Shown here: piece by piece, positions 21,849 through 34,688 of the stretch
How positions within the stretch are numbered: the stretch's first letter is position 1
Layout: each line of letters starts with the position of its first letter
DNA from: Lepidodermella squamata
Taxonomy: Eukaryota > Animalia > Gastrotricha
Length of the DNA stretch: 64,000 bases
Assembly: GCA_047495785.1 (NCBI GenBank)
Contig: JBLDXI010000042.1
Location: 2,728,001 to 2,792,000 of the forward strand
Direction of reading: 5' to 3'
The notes under the pieces: generated by a model
The model's input: only the letters and a program-made list of their open reading frames with translations
Database searches by the model: none
What the model was told of the DNA's origin: nothing
Program-made: the position numbers and the translations under genes

Positions 21849-23409
21849 TTACACAGTCAGAGTACTCAATTTGATGAGTTTGAGGGCTGTTGCGTATAGT
21901 TTGAGCTCATTCACCGCCTTTCCCTCACTTGCCGGCATATTGGCGGTTGTGGTTAATACCGAAGGCATCACGACAGCACCGATCGAATTTAAAAAATTAC
22001 GAAGCTCCGCGACCAATGAAATTTCTAAAAAAAACAGAAACTCCACCTTAATTTTTTTGTACAGATAATAAGTAAACCTTCGCATGCAATAGCTGTTGGT
22101 TTGGCGTAGAATGGATTGTTTTTTGCCTCGGCGGAACCGTTCGGCAGAAAATGGGTGAAGTTTTGAGCCGCTTTATCAGGCAGTAAGTCACCTCTGACGA
22201 TGATCATGAAACAGTCGCAAGACCACGCTAACTTGCTCATGTCGATATTGTTGCCCTCCATCGGAAGCTTCGATTCTGTAACCACAATTGTTTGAATTAT
22301 GAGTAAAAAATTAAGGGGGGTTAAAGTTAGAAATTACCGAAAAATTCCAAATGCTTGAAAATCGTTCGAAGCTCCTCGACTAAAGATTTTGATTTTTCGT
22401 CCGTTTCGTCTAGCAATATACCGAGGGTAATATTGATATCATCGACGCGAGAAGGAATATCTCTCCTGTAAATTAATTTAAGAAAATTCACATCAATACC
22501 TCTGACAAAAATAGCGAAGTTACAATAATTTATAAATCGATACAGTGGACTCACAAATGTATTTCCTCCTCAAATTCTGGCGTGTTGAACGACTTGTGAT
22601 ATAGCGACCGTCTAGTAATCATCATTGGGTTGTTGTGAATATCAAGTTCTGTAAGACTTTCCAGCTGAGAATTCGTAGTATTGAACGGAGATTCGTTGAC
22701 AATTGACGTCATCGGAGCAACGGAAGGTGTGTCGTGATCTGTTCTATTCCGCCTCATCAGACTCACATCGGTCGCCCAGGGTGACGGCAAATCAGTCTGA
22801 ACAGCCGTATCGACCACTGGGCTGTAAAAGGTTGGAACGTCGTTGAAACGCACGACCACCTGTGAAGTATCGGCATCCATCGGCTCGATACGCCTGGCCG
22901 GGCAAAATGGGCTGAACAAAAAATATTAGCAGGGTGGCTAAAATATCAACGAGCTACTCACCAGACGCCTCCCATTTCCAGTACGACGAACTTGAAAAAT
23001 TAAAAAGTTGCTCAGTTACTCATTTGGTGTTTACTGACTCCACTCTGATTCTCTGTACCATCGCATCGGTTGGCTAGGCATAGCTAATGAGCTGAACTCG
23101 GGTCTCGCAATCGATTAGAACCACGTTAATTTCATGCAAAATCTCGCCGGCGATTAGTCGATGGACATTTCCGGGCACGTTTTTACGGCATAAAATAATT
23201 CTCGGACCGGTGTGTCCTGAGTAAACAAACCAGCTTTAGTTATTTGCTCACATTTTCCACCGCATTATTATTAGTGGTTATCAAGCACCGAATTTTTTAT
23301 AGAAAAAACAATTGATAATTGCGAGAATATTTTTTATTTGGTTCAAAACGCGTTTTTTCGACTTTCATTCAATTCAAAGGGGTCTCTTTCTCACCTGTTC
23401 ATACTTCAT
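21849..23409 (-). CDS. Uncharacterised multi-exon protein (about 8 exons; 5' exons tentative)
   Basis: ORF segments 22551-22919, 22327-22554, 22025-22285, 21849-22085 are separated by short GT-AG introns (last junction checked for phase); tentative N-terminal C-x4-C...CPFC motif. Confidence 0.5.
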
Positions 23410-23803
23410 AGTAGTTGAACACAAAAGTAATCCGTTTATATTCACCTCGAATCGAATTCTCTCAAGCAACAAATAAAAGTCATTTTTTAGTTATATTTTA
23501 CCCAAAAAAAACTTAATGATAATTTCTTGCCAAATTAATAGTTTTTATAGCAAGAGAAAGGCATCGTTTTTTTTTAATATTTATAAGTAGAGAGAGATGA
23601 AGAAAAACAAACCGTAAGACTGATGCAGAAAACAGGATTTTCAAGACATTTTTTTCCAGAAAGAAATGTCCTCAATGTCTTCCACTTGATGCTTGATTAC
23701 TACGGACTTTCAGACGCTTTTGTACTCGACGTAATAGTAAAGTGATTGTGAGATGAATAACATCGGTTTCTTTTTTAATAGTCGATTTTTTTTATATATT
23801 AAA

Positions 23804-25074
23804 ATGACTTCACCACAGCTAGAACGAGTAAACGCACGAAACGCACGAATTCGTCGAGCCGAAACGCGCGGTTTTGAAGCCTATGGACATGCGAAAATGG
23901 GAGCAATCGCCCAAAATGCTTATGCCGATCTTATTAAATTCATGCTATGGCTCAACGATTGCGTGTGTAACAAAGCGATTTCAGCTACGAAAGATTACCA
24001 AATTAGCGATAATATTACTAGCACTAATCGACAGTTTGAGCCGGTTAATCGACGACACTCCGCCCATTCGGTAATCAGGCGTACCGTGAATGGTTTAAGA
24101 AAATGTCGGAAAATTGCGATGAATAACTGAACAAAATGTTGCCGGAAAACGGCGGCTTCCGGCGGTCAAAAGTCGAACTGAAGCCGTATCTGCTCGATGC
24201 CTTTGGAAATTCGACTAGAATCGACTACGGCACTGGGCAAAATGTTTCGTTTCAGACGTTTGAGCGGTACGGAGACAAAGCAGCAACTTCGCAGAACAGC
24301 GAATGCGACAAAACAGCAAAATTTTTTTAATTTTGCGACAAAACAGCGAAAACTTACTATGTAAAAGATGCATCGAGTTTCTGCTGTTATGTCACAAGTT
24401 GAGAAATTTGCTGTTTTGTCGCGTTTGCTGTTTTGGGTATTTGCTGTTATGACGGTCTGCTGTTATGAGCTAAATTTCGTAATTTTCGGGTTGATTCTCT
24501 ATAAAATCGGGTTCTTAAACGATACCGATGGCACTGCATTTCTCCTTCAAGCTTTCGACCAGTATTTACAAATGTGCCGGAAGCTTCAAGTAACATACAG
24601 CTAAATAAAAAATGAATTATCAGTATTATTTTGGGATTATTTAAAATAATGTGAGAAGGCTGGAATCTTGTTCTTTGAATTTTTTCCAATAATTTTAATT
24701 TTTTTCCAATTCTTAGAATGGAACCTGCGGGTATAGCCATGGCGTTTGGTGCTTGGATGACTACCAACTTTTGCCCTTCTTATGGGTAGCATCTCAACTT
24801 CAGGACCACACGTCAATTCTACCATCGAATTTCCCAGAACCAAGCATTTACGACCGCTACTATGCCGATTATTTGTTTCTGAGCGCGATCAGGTACATCA
24901 GGTACGTTCGCCGAACATTCAAACCGGCTATGGAATATATCTGGGGTGCCGAACTGGGCTAAGGCGAACCAGGGCCTTATTAAAATGTATCGAGGCGATG
25001 TGCTAGCCGAATTCCCTATTGTTCAACACATCGTTTTCGGGTCGCTTTTCACCATGGAAAAGCCGCCAAGTTGA
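23804..25074 (+). pseudogene. PTPA: PP2A phosphatase activator (PTPA/RRD) pseudogene
   Basis: Motifs AYADLIKF, FGNQAYREW, FGNSTRIDYGTG, MEPAG-SHGVW.LDDYQ, FPIVQH..FGSL lie in different frames; internal stop, dead donor (AG|CTAAAT at 24601) and an insertion. Confidence 0.88.
24240..24464. mobile_element. Foldback/MITE-like insertion in the PTPA pseudogene
   Basis: Splits the GTG-HE motif; AACAGC-rich left arm (~24274-24326) is inverted relative to the GCTGTT-rich right arm (~24404-24453). Confidence 0.7.
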
Positions 25075-25568
25075 AAATCTAGTCCGATTGACACTCTGTT
25101 CTCACGTTTGAATTTCTAGTGATTTTTGTGAAGTGAATTTAAATGATAATTATTGTAAAAAAAATTGCGAATAAAATAGCGGTGTCCAATTGTCTGGGTT
25201 TCCATATCGATCGATTGGCATACCGGCTGCCCCTGAATAAATTATGACTCGAGCGCAAGGGTGCAGTAGATCTGTTCGATTTGCGAATTAAATCATGTCG
25301 TCTTTTATGCTACACGCGGTATAGTATCATTTTTTAGGTTGCTTGGTGCCCAGTTGCCCCTGTGAAAAAAATGCGGTGATTTTCTGGGAGCAAAAATAAC
25401 ATAGCGTACAAGATTGTTTTTTCTTCATCGCATTCATATCAGACTGAAAGAGTGCGAAAACGCTGCTATTGAGGCGTCTCAAAGACCTGAGGTTACGAGG
25501 TGTGGTGTATTCTTCTCAATTGCAGACTTTACTTTTTGGCTAGATTTTCGCGAATTATCAAGCTCAAA

Positions 25569-26400
25569 ATGGCTATGGACTATAAAACAAATGTTTATTC
25601 CTATCGGCGTGACCCAACAGGCCGGCGAAATGAAAGCAGGTTGGTTAGACCGGAAGCTCCATAATCTTCATAATGTTAAGGCGGATCCATTTTCAGAACT
25701 TCCTATGGCAGGATGCACGACTGGCAGCGTGATGAAGGAATTTTCCAGAACACTTTTCTAGATAAAGGGTAAAGAAAGCTTTTAATGGCAGTTGTGACAG
25801 AATTCGCAAAATGTCTTTGTTCCAATATTTACAAAATCTAGTCGTCCCTACTGTCATGCGGATATGCTGGCTTCAAGAGAAGATCCCAACCAATGGCAGC
25901 CAGTTCGGCCGAAAAAGGTTGTCGAAGTGATGCAAGCTAAAGGAACCCGTCAATTGTTCATATACCGTAACCTTTCAATCATTCTCGAATTTTAAGAAAT
26001 GTACCCTCAATCCTTTATAGACGACCTTAACCCTATCGATCGTAATCCATCGGAAAAGGACAAGGTGACCTGTGGCTGCCGACCCGAAGAGAGCTACGAC
26101 CATTTATTCGGGCCTAGCTGTTACTCGAAGCCAAATTACTTCAACTACGATCATGATAGCAACAATAAGACGCAAAGCGAGTCGATGGTCAACGTCCTGT
26201 GCTCGCCTGATATGCGGCAAAATCGCCGCGCTGCTGCGGCGAGATCTGCCGGTGCGCCGCTGGTGCAGACGAAACGGGAAAGGGAATCGTTAGATGCGGC
26301 TATTCTTGCGGGAATCGACATGCTGCCCCGGCCAAGGCAGCGCATCACTAGGTCTGAAGCTATGGCAATCGAACGCGATAACTGGAAAATGATTCGATAA
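25569..26400 (+). CDS. Uncharacterised ~220 aa protein, about 4 exons
   Basis: ATG at 25569 (MAMDYKTNVYSY...) can be joined by phase-compatible GT-AG introns to ORF 25999-26400; no recognised domain. Confidence 0.5.
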
Positions 26401-28435
26401 GATAGTGGAAAACTGATAGATGAAGGACCCTTCATATTACCTTGTACCTATTTGAATTGATTATTTTCGTGAAAATTGTGAATTATATTTTTATTATAGA
26501 AGTAAATAATTGCACTTGTGCGAGACGTTTTTTTCATTTTTTTGGCTAATTTATTCACCGAGATTATTTGGACAATCTGAAGGGTTAACCAGTTTTATTT
26601 TGAAAAAACGTCCGTAAGGAAAATTAAATAATTTTTTCCAACATTGTCCATATTACGGATGATATAACATAATAAGTTGTCTGCCACAATCAATTTGCCC
26701 AAGGTGTATTTCATGGAGCCACGTAGTATTTTCGAGTGCGTGGGTCGAGTAGCCGAGTTAAAAGGTTTTTTATCTCCAGCTGGACTTACGTGTTAATGAT
26801 AGTTCAATGTTTGTCATTAGAGCCTCGAGTTATCTTCACCACAAGTGCACATCTCATAGGTATCATCAGTCTACTCGTCTTACACGCCGACGTTTTTTTA
26901 TTACGAAAAAACTCGCCACCAGCAATTTAAATTGACCTCAGGGCTATTGATCATTTTCCAGGCGCGACACGTGTGACCCGTCGTAACAGTGCGGGGTGAC
27001 GTGACCTTACGTCTGACTCGTGAACGGATCAAGTAGCTAGTGAGATTATTTCGGACGATTTATTACACCTGAAAAAAAACGCTCGGGGTGTCTAATGATG
27101 ACATGGCACGCGCGCCATTTTTTGCTGCTACACATGCACTGCTCTAGGTGACCAAACATGATACTGAAAGGATCGCACTCCATGACTCAATACTGCGATA
27201 CAATAAACAGATAAACTTCCATTGTCTTCTTTGGCTTGAACACAAGAAACCGCGCGTGTTGTGAGAAAGACGATGATAAGTGCGTTCCGCCTTAATGATT
27301 TCACAACCCTGAAATCAGCGACAAGGTTGATTGATTTGATTAAGCGATTACCTCATCAATACATTTGCGTCGACTTCGTTTCCAAGGACAGTTTACAGAA
27401 ATGAGCTTAATCAGGCGTTTTATTTGATTTTGACCTGTGGCTGATTGATGATGACTGATGATAGGCACTGATTAAGTTCATCCGCGCGCGAAAATCAGCG
27501 CACGCGTCACCTATAATTGAGCGTGTGTTTTTTCGGCAAAAAACAGCTCATAACTGTCATTATCAAGTCATCATTTGTCAACTTGTAATGTTTCTGCTTG
27601 ATTGAACGCGACACACGCCCATGTGTAATGTGACAATAACCATTAATTATTTCAGTTTATTTCACTAGATCGTCTGCGTGTCAAATAGTCTCGAAAAATT
27701 CCAAATAGCGGCGATGATATAATTTCGAAATTAATATACAATATAATTCGGCAAGTAATTCATAAATTATTTTGTTCCGCAGGCAAATACTGTCGAAAAC
27801 CATGTACAACAACAACAACCGCCTTTTCATGCAACAATTTCATACAGCGATAGCAGAGAAGAAGAAGACCATTGAATATTTTACAATATTTCCAGCTCGG
27901 TGATGACAATATAATGATGATGACGATAGGCAAGAGAGAGAAAAAAAACGAGGTAATTTCACGTCAAGACAAGGGAAAGAAAAAAAATGAGCTGCTGAAA
28001 TCATTTTTGTCTAAAATATCATCAAGCTCCATCATCAAAAGCACAACACGTGTTGACGTTCGATTCAGCATCGACCGCCTTATAAATAATAAAATGACTA
28101 CAATAAACACCATTCTTCAAAAAAAAATTAATAAGGAGAGAATTGCGGTGATAAGTAATATACCTTGATATAATTATAATAAAAATTGAGCTGATTTTTC
28201 AAACCCGAGACGCATGCAAAAAACCACAATTAGAGAGCAAGAGGGAAGAGGTATTTTGGTTTTAGTGTTCAACTATCAATTTGGATAAATCACCATTGGC
28301 CAGCGAAAAAATCTTTTTTTTCACTTGTCGCATGGGAAGAATTTCTGTACAAAATTTTGTCGAGCTACCAAAAATTCTGAGCGGGTGAAGAGAGAGAGAT
28401 AAAGAGATGATATAAGTACCGATGAGCGAAATTTT

Positions 28436-29588
28436 CTACCACGGCCGCCACATGGAGCCGGTCCCAGAACCAGCGGTTATTGTAAGCGGGTTCGAGGCTG
28501 GGGCCGAGGAGGCTGGCGCAATCATGAGTAAATCGCCATCGCCGGATGTTGTATTGGCATTATCGGGCGGTACCGATTTTCGGCCGCTTGACGATGCTGT
28601 CGAAGCGGTCGAAGGCGAGCGTTGTTTCGAAGGGCTTGTCGTCGATGTTGACTCGTCGTTATCGTCATCGTCGCCTTCGGAATTTGTCGATTGGTTGAGA
28701 TAAGCGGGCGGGGTAGTCGATTGAGAGTGGCGGCTACTCGCGCTGTTAAGGTGGCTGTTCATGAGGCCGTCGTTGCTGAGACTCGTTGGCGCGAAGCCAG
28801 CGCCGGCACACGCCGCGGCGGCTGCGGCGGCAGCGGCAAACGGGATGAACGAAGCGGGATTATTAACTCCCTGGTGCGGCATATGCTGCGTCATTGACTG
28901 TAAATCGGCGCCTAAATAAAAGAAACAAATTTTATTAAATACAATTTAAATAATTTTAAAATTCGTGAAATTTAAAAATTTCTCTAAATTTCTCTAAATT
29001 CTCTAAATTTCTTTGAAAATTCAAATTTAAATTTAAAATTTTTTAAATTAAAAATCGAATAAGCTGATTAAGGGATCTAAGGATAAGATTTCAAAAATTA
29101 CCTTCGCCATTTTCGATGAGCAAGTGATGAAGAGTAGCGAGGCCGTCCAAGTGTTGCATTTGCTGCGATAATACGTCGAGATGGTTGCCGTTTTGCGACG
29201 ACGGCGGGGAGCCTTCCGAAGAACCGGGCGACGGCGGCATGGTAACAGGAAGACGATTTCGCGCACACATTTTCAGGTACTCGACTGTTATCTCTAAAAT
29301 ATCCGCCTTTTCCAACTTCCGGATACTTCTCTATAACAAAAGGAAAAAAAATCGAGTTACTCATGCGTGAAATTCATTGATTTAGCGTTTTAGTACTTAC
29401 CCTGTGACGAAGTAAAGGTTGAACGATCAAGCGATTCAACTCTTCGATGTGATGGTTAATTCGCTCGCGGCGACGTCGCTCGATCAACGGTTTATTGAGC
29501 TGAAACAAATAATGATGCAAGGTTATTGATGCGGAAAATTGGGTGCGCGTGCACTAGTTACCTTTTTAATAACCGATAAGCGATCCAT
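28436..29588 (-). CDS. hes: Hairy/E(spl) (Hes) family bHLH repressor; exons 29588-29562, 29499-29401, 29330-29102, 28911-28436
   Basis: KKLNKPLIERRRRERIN...KLEKADILEITVEYLK with basic-region Pro, Hes-type intron positions, C-terminal WRPW. Confidence 0.93.
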
Positions 29589-29799
29589 ATCTGATTAAAT
29601 TAACCAGCAGAAAAAAGTGAGCAGCTCGTGCGTATGGTTTTTTTTTCTGACTCGATACAACAGGTATGTCAATAACCTATTCAAAAGGGCGTTACATGAA
29701 TGCATTAGTTCGAATAACAGACATGAAAAAAAAACGTTACGAGATATCTACACCTGTTAAGTACGAAAAAGGCGCGACCCGCGATATTCATTAAGGAGG

Positions 29800-32700
29800 A
29801 GGTAAGTGGTGAGCTTTTTGGCGGCTCGTTTATCCGAGCTTTGGCTCGCGTGTGTAAGGCGATTTTAGCAAATAAAGCAAAAAAAGCGGCTATCACACAC
29901 GCGACCCTAGCACCTGAGAGTGTGTTTATCTTATGTATAATATTATTACTTTCTCCGTTTTTTGTTTCAAAGATATATAACCGCTAGAAGAGGCCAATGG
30001 CGCGGGTTAACGATTTTTATATAGCTCATCGTTTGACATGTGTACATTTAAGTAGTTGGTTGTTGTTCGTAGTAGTTAACAACAATAAAAAAAATTCAAG
30101 GGGCGCCGCGGTTGCTTCTCTTTTAGCAGCTTATAGGCACCCTGCTTGCGTTAATTATTATCATTAAGTGTATATTAGTGATAGTTGTAGTAGTAGTAGT
30201 AGGGGCACTATCTATCTACAGCTCGAGATGTGACGGCTCGCGCGTTGGCGGGTGCAAAAAAATATGTGATGATGATTAAACGTCAAGTGGCAGCGCATCA
30301 TTCACTTTTTACTGTTTAACTGACTCTCGCGGCTGAGCCAAGGCACGCGGCCGCATAAGCGCGCCGATGTTGCGCTCTCGCCGCTCCCGTGCCGGTGACG
30401 AAAAAAAAACGCAAACGCGCTCACGCACTGACGTTTTTATTGCGCTGCTCGAGGCGCGCGCGCTCTAAAACGATGTGATATCATGACGAAAAAATAAATA
30501 AAATTTTAATACGCTCGTGTTAGCCACCTGATGCCACAGGTAAATAAAATTTCGAAACGATAAATAACTGAGTGTGTGTAATTAAGCAAGCGGTTCCTTT
30601 ATAGTTGTTTAGTTGACTTAAGAAGGATAGCCAAGCTCTTTTTTGTGAAAGTGAGCAGTTTTGGCAGCAAACACGCCGCCAAAAGAAACTTGTTATTTAT
30701 CACCAGACGTAGGTAATATAGAGCGAAACCGTAACCATCACAGGATTTACAAGCGCGTGATGCCGCTAAATGGCCGAGTACATATTACAGGTAGTCGCCG
30801 GTGTGAACATTACTCGGTATCAGAGTCAGTCTTGTTGAAAAGTGATGCGACTGCGGTAATTATTTTATATTATTATTTTGCGGTCTATGGCGGCAACGGC
30901 GGCGGCTGCCTTTGACAAAGCCGCGTGTGCGCGCTTCGAAGACGTCGCACGCGGTTTCTCGAGCGCGCAAGTGAGCGCGCGCGCGCGGAAAACACACGAT
31001 AATTATACCGAGAGCCACAGCGCATTTTGACGTGTGCCATCGCTTCGTTTCCCATGCAAGCGACGCCGATGTCAAACAGAGATTATTACTTGACAATTAC
31101 TTCAATAAACAATTAAAATTAATTATTGCCAACTCTGTTTTGAGGTAACGTTTCGCCTGGAACCGCAGACATATATGGAAAGGAAGATCTAGATTCTTAG
31201 TCCAACTTTTGGAAAGCTTGGATTTGGCCTTATATTTTGGCCCAAATAAATATCATAGCAGCAAAATATTGCTTCGAATATATTTGCAGGTAATTTCGGA
31301 CCTACTGGGGTTAGGATTCTAGGGAAAGGCATGGCTACCCTAGTTGGGAAGTTTTTTGGAACTTGTACAGTTTTACAGTCATCGATGAATGAGCCATAGG
31401 TATGGTATATACAATTTAAAATTTTGAAATTTTGAAATTTAAAATATAAAATTCTTAAATTAAATTTAAAATTTAAAAGGCTGTAACGCTATTCAGAGGC
31501 GTATCATGTCATTTGATGATCAAGATCCCACAAATTTTGAACCTCTAGAACCTTCTAAAATAAAATATATAATGATTCTGAAGTTATACAGCCAAGCTTG
31601 AGTACTAAATAGGTATATGAAATCTGGTATCAACCCTGGAAAACGAATAAGTCGAGAAAAATCCTGATTAAGATTTTAATAAGTTAATCAAGTTTCATGT
31701 AGAGTGGACAAAATTGAAATGATATCATATTATCGAGGTGAACATGAGCCGAAAAGGTGATGTTCTGCGGCGCAGAAAATGCGCGCGCGCGAGCAGGTGA
31801 TGATGATAAAATAACATGTATAGCGAAAAGGCTTAACAAGGTTACACAAAAACAGCACACGGCAATAAAAGAAGCTGATGCGAAAAATTCGCCATGTGTG
31901 CGAACAATTTTTAAAGTCTTAGAACCTAGTTAAAACCAACCAACCGGACGTTATTTGCTTAGGTCAACCGGAAGAAATTGACGGCGATTATTGCAGTATT
32001 ACACATAGTATATCTGCTGCTGCTGCTGGCGTTTGCTCGGTGGCGGAATTGTTTTTCTAACGAGCCGCCGTCTTTTCTGCGCGCGCGAGGTGTCGCGAGA
32101 TGGTGGCGGAGAAAAGGCACAAAAACAGGTGTTGGGTCGGTAGTTTTTCGGCGCTGGCAACACGCGCGCGCGCGCGCATTCGGCTCAATTACCGCGCGTT
32201 TGTTGCGCGCGAGTATTTTCTCGAGAGTCAGGAAAAACAAGCAACTGAAAACGGTTAAAACACACAACTCGTTAAAAATTAGCTACAGCGGCTCGGCGTT
32301 TTAATCATCGACGAAAAATTTGCGGGTCAACACTGTGTAATGCGCTTCGCGTTAACAGCGTGTTTTATTGCAGCAGGCAGAACAGGGCCGGGCGACAAAA
32401 AGCGCATTACTAAACAATAACAAGGTGGCGAAAAAGTTGTGTTTGCGCGTGGCGCGCAACAAAACGCGCCGAGTCAATATTGAGGCGCGCACGCACGTAA
32501 AAAGTAGGGTGTTACAACGCGCATTTCGCGTGTCACCATAAAAATTGAGCGCAGTTGATGATGAGCCGTCTTCCGACGACCGCCAGTAATTAATTCGAGG
32601 GCCAAAGCGGCGAGAGACGCGCTTAATCCGCAGCGTGCCGTGGGTTGGCACGCGCGCGGTTCCAAGGCGGTGTCTAAGACAGAGACGATTTATAGCACAT

Positions 32701-33000
32701 TAAACGAATTAACGCACTGGAGGCCGGCGTGATGTTTTATTCACGCGCGCGCGTGAAAAATTCGCGCGTTCGGCTTGAACCGTTCAATTGTTGAAACGTG
32801 CCAAAACGATGCGCGTCGGCCGGCGGTACCTACTTTGATCCCAGCGCGTGTGTGAAAAGAGCCGGTAAAAAGACACTCACTTCGGTCGTCGGTGTCGGTG
32901 TGTCACTTGATGACCCGCGCGTTTCCGCTCACGCGCTTCCATTGTGCGCGCAGGCGCGGCACGCGCGATGAAAAATTGATGATAAAATCGGGCGAAATAA
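29800..33000. promoter_or_regulatory. Gene-free, CG-rich upstream regulatory region of hes with many CACGCG sites
   Basis: CACGCG/CGCGTG at 29847, 29898, 30344, 30754, 30922, 30948, 32161, 32527, 32649, 32742, 32750, 32845, 32930, 32960. Confidence 0.45.
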
Positions 33001-34265
33001 TTCAGTGATTGCAGCCCAAGATGCATGCGAACCGCCTCGTGCGTGACTTACCGCCAAAGTTCATGTTTTCCTAGAGAATAAAATTGTAGAAAACCAACAC
33101 AGCCTGGCGGTTAAAGCAATTCTCGAGTGAAACGCGAGCTAAAAGGTTAATTTGTCTCTCATCTCGAGAATTATTACGAAAATAGGTTGTGATTAGCATC
33201 GAGGTACTTTCGTAAATGGCTAAGATGTCTGTACGATTGCGGTCTGTACAATATATATGCAACGCTTGGTAATAAAACGCTCCAACCAACACTGGCCGAT
33301 CGGCGACGATTTTCGCTGAATACACTGTACTATACTACTACTACTAGGCAGATGCGCTCTTTAACTGCGACACCACCACGTCTTTGGTAGGTACAGGTAG
33401 CTTTCACACTTGGAACATGATGTATTACAACGGCGGCGTGTAACGCGACGCGCTCGGGTACAAGAGATGCGGATTTTATAAGCGCGCATTGTCGTGCGGT
33501 GCACAATTACCCGGCGCATTAAAACCGCTATGATAATTACCCGCAATGATATTATTAATTATTACTATCGCTCCATGTATTATTATTATTATCGCTCCAT
33601 GTACTGTTTCGCAACAATTTTTGTTCGAGAAGTAATAAATTGTTACCTGTGGTTATATTAGGGTGACTAAATCTCTATCGCAACGAATAGGCGATGACGA
33701 GCGAGCAGTAAATCGGCGCTTATTGCGCGTCGCGAGCCGTTATAAAATCTACCTCGAGAAAAACGAAAACTAACGATCAGACTTGCTCGAGGTGGCCCGT
33801 CATCTCGTTAGGTGTCGCACAACGCCGTTACCTATACAACGTGTCCCATGCGTAACGCAGTAAAGAAAATACACGGAAATAAAGGGTTCAGAAACTCTAA
33901 AATGAGAGACGAAGTCACATCTCAAGTCCAGAAATTGTTTAGAAAAATTAAAAAATCACGAAAATAGTAATCAAGTATGTCACTTGTTAATGGGATTAAA
34001 AAAGTCCAGAGAAATTTGGTCCAATCGGGTAAAATACCGAAAGTTACCGAGCCAATGACCATCGGGTTTTTCCGGGTATTCTTCGGTAAATTTTTAATTT
34101 TTTTTCGGTTAAATCGCGGATAAAAGATGGAACATTTCCTCGGTAGGTTGCATTTTTCCAAAAATTTGCCAAATAAAAAAATATCTGCTCAACTTCTGGG
34201 ACACGCTCTACCCTTGTAACCTCAAAATAAGATGGAAATCCTGCCATTTTTATTGAACAAAAGCC

Positions 34266-34688
34266 TCAGATATCCAAATAATAGTAATCATCGCGATTAT
34301 TTAGGTCGTTCTGCGATAATTCAACACGAGCTAAATTTTTTAGATAGCCGCGAAAATCGTTGCTGTCGTCGATGATTGTACGGAATTTCGTCATCCCAGT
34401 AGCAGCGATAGATTTTTTGCTCATTTTCGGCGCCGCTGAATAAGGAGATCGGCAAGAGTTGAGCTTCAAGCACGGCTTGCAGTCTTGTAACAGCCGTCGA
34501 CAGTCGTCGGTTGTTTGACACGCGCCTTCTTTCGTTTTGTAGCAGTGATAGCCGGGCAGGACGCCGCAGGCTGACCAGCATCGACCGCTCGATTTATCAC
34601 AGCCAAGTTGCATACCGCAATTTGTCGCCATAGTAACGCCAATGATAGCAGCGGGAACGAGAAAAATGTAAAATTCACCGGTTCTCAT
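34266..34688 (-). CDS. Secreted 10-Cys peptide precursor A
   Basis: Single exon; signal peptide, then CGMQLGCDKSSGRCWSACGVLPGYHCYKTKEGACQTTDDCRRLLQDCKPCLKLNSC and a C-terminal extension; paralog at 36671-36997. Confidence 0.8.
   Translation of the reverse strand: MRTGEFYIFLVPAAIIGVTMATNCGMQLGCDKSSGRCWSACGVLPGYHCYKTKEGACQTTDDCRRLLQDCKPCLKLNSCRSPYSAAPKMSKKSIAATGMTKFRTIIDDSNDFRGYLKNLARVELSQNDLNNRDDYYYLDI

Noticed and set aside
21423-21849. OST48 fragment as the last exon of the 21849-23409 gene
   Set aside because: That gene reaches an in-frame TAA at 21849-21851 before the fragment
30661-33546. Short Arg/Ala-rich ORFs upstream of hes
   Set aside because: By-products of CG-rich non-coding DNA; no domains or splice-consistent model
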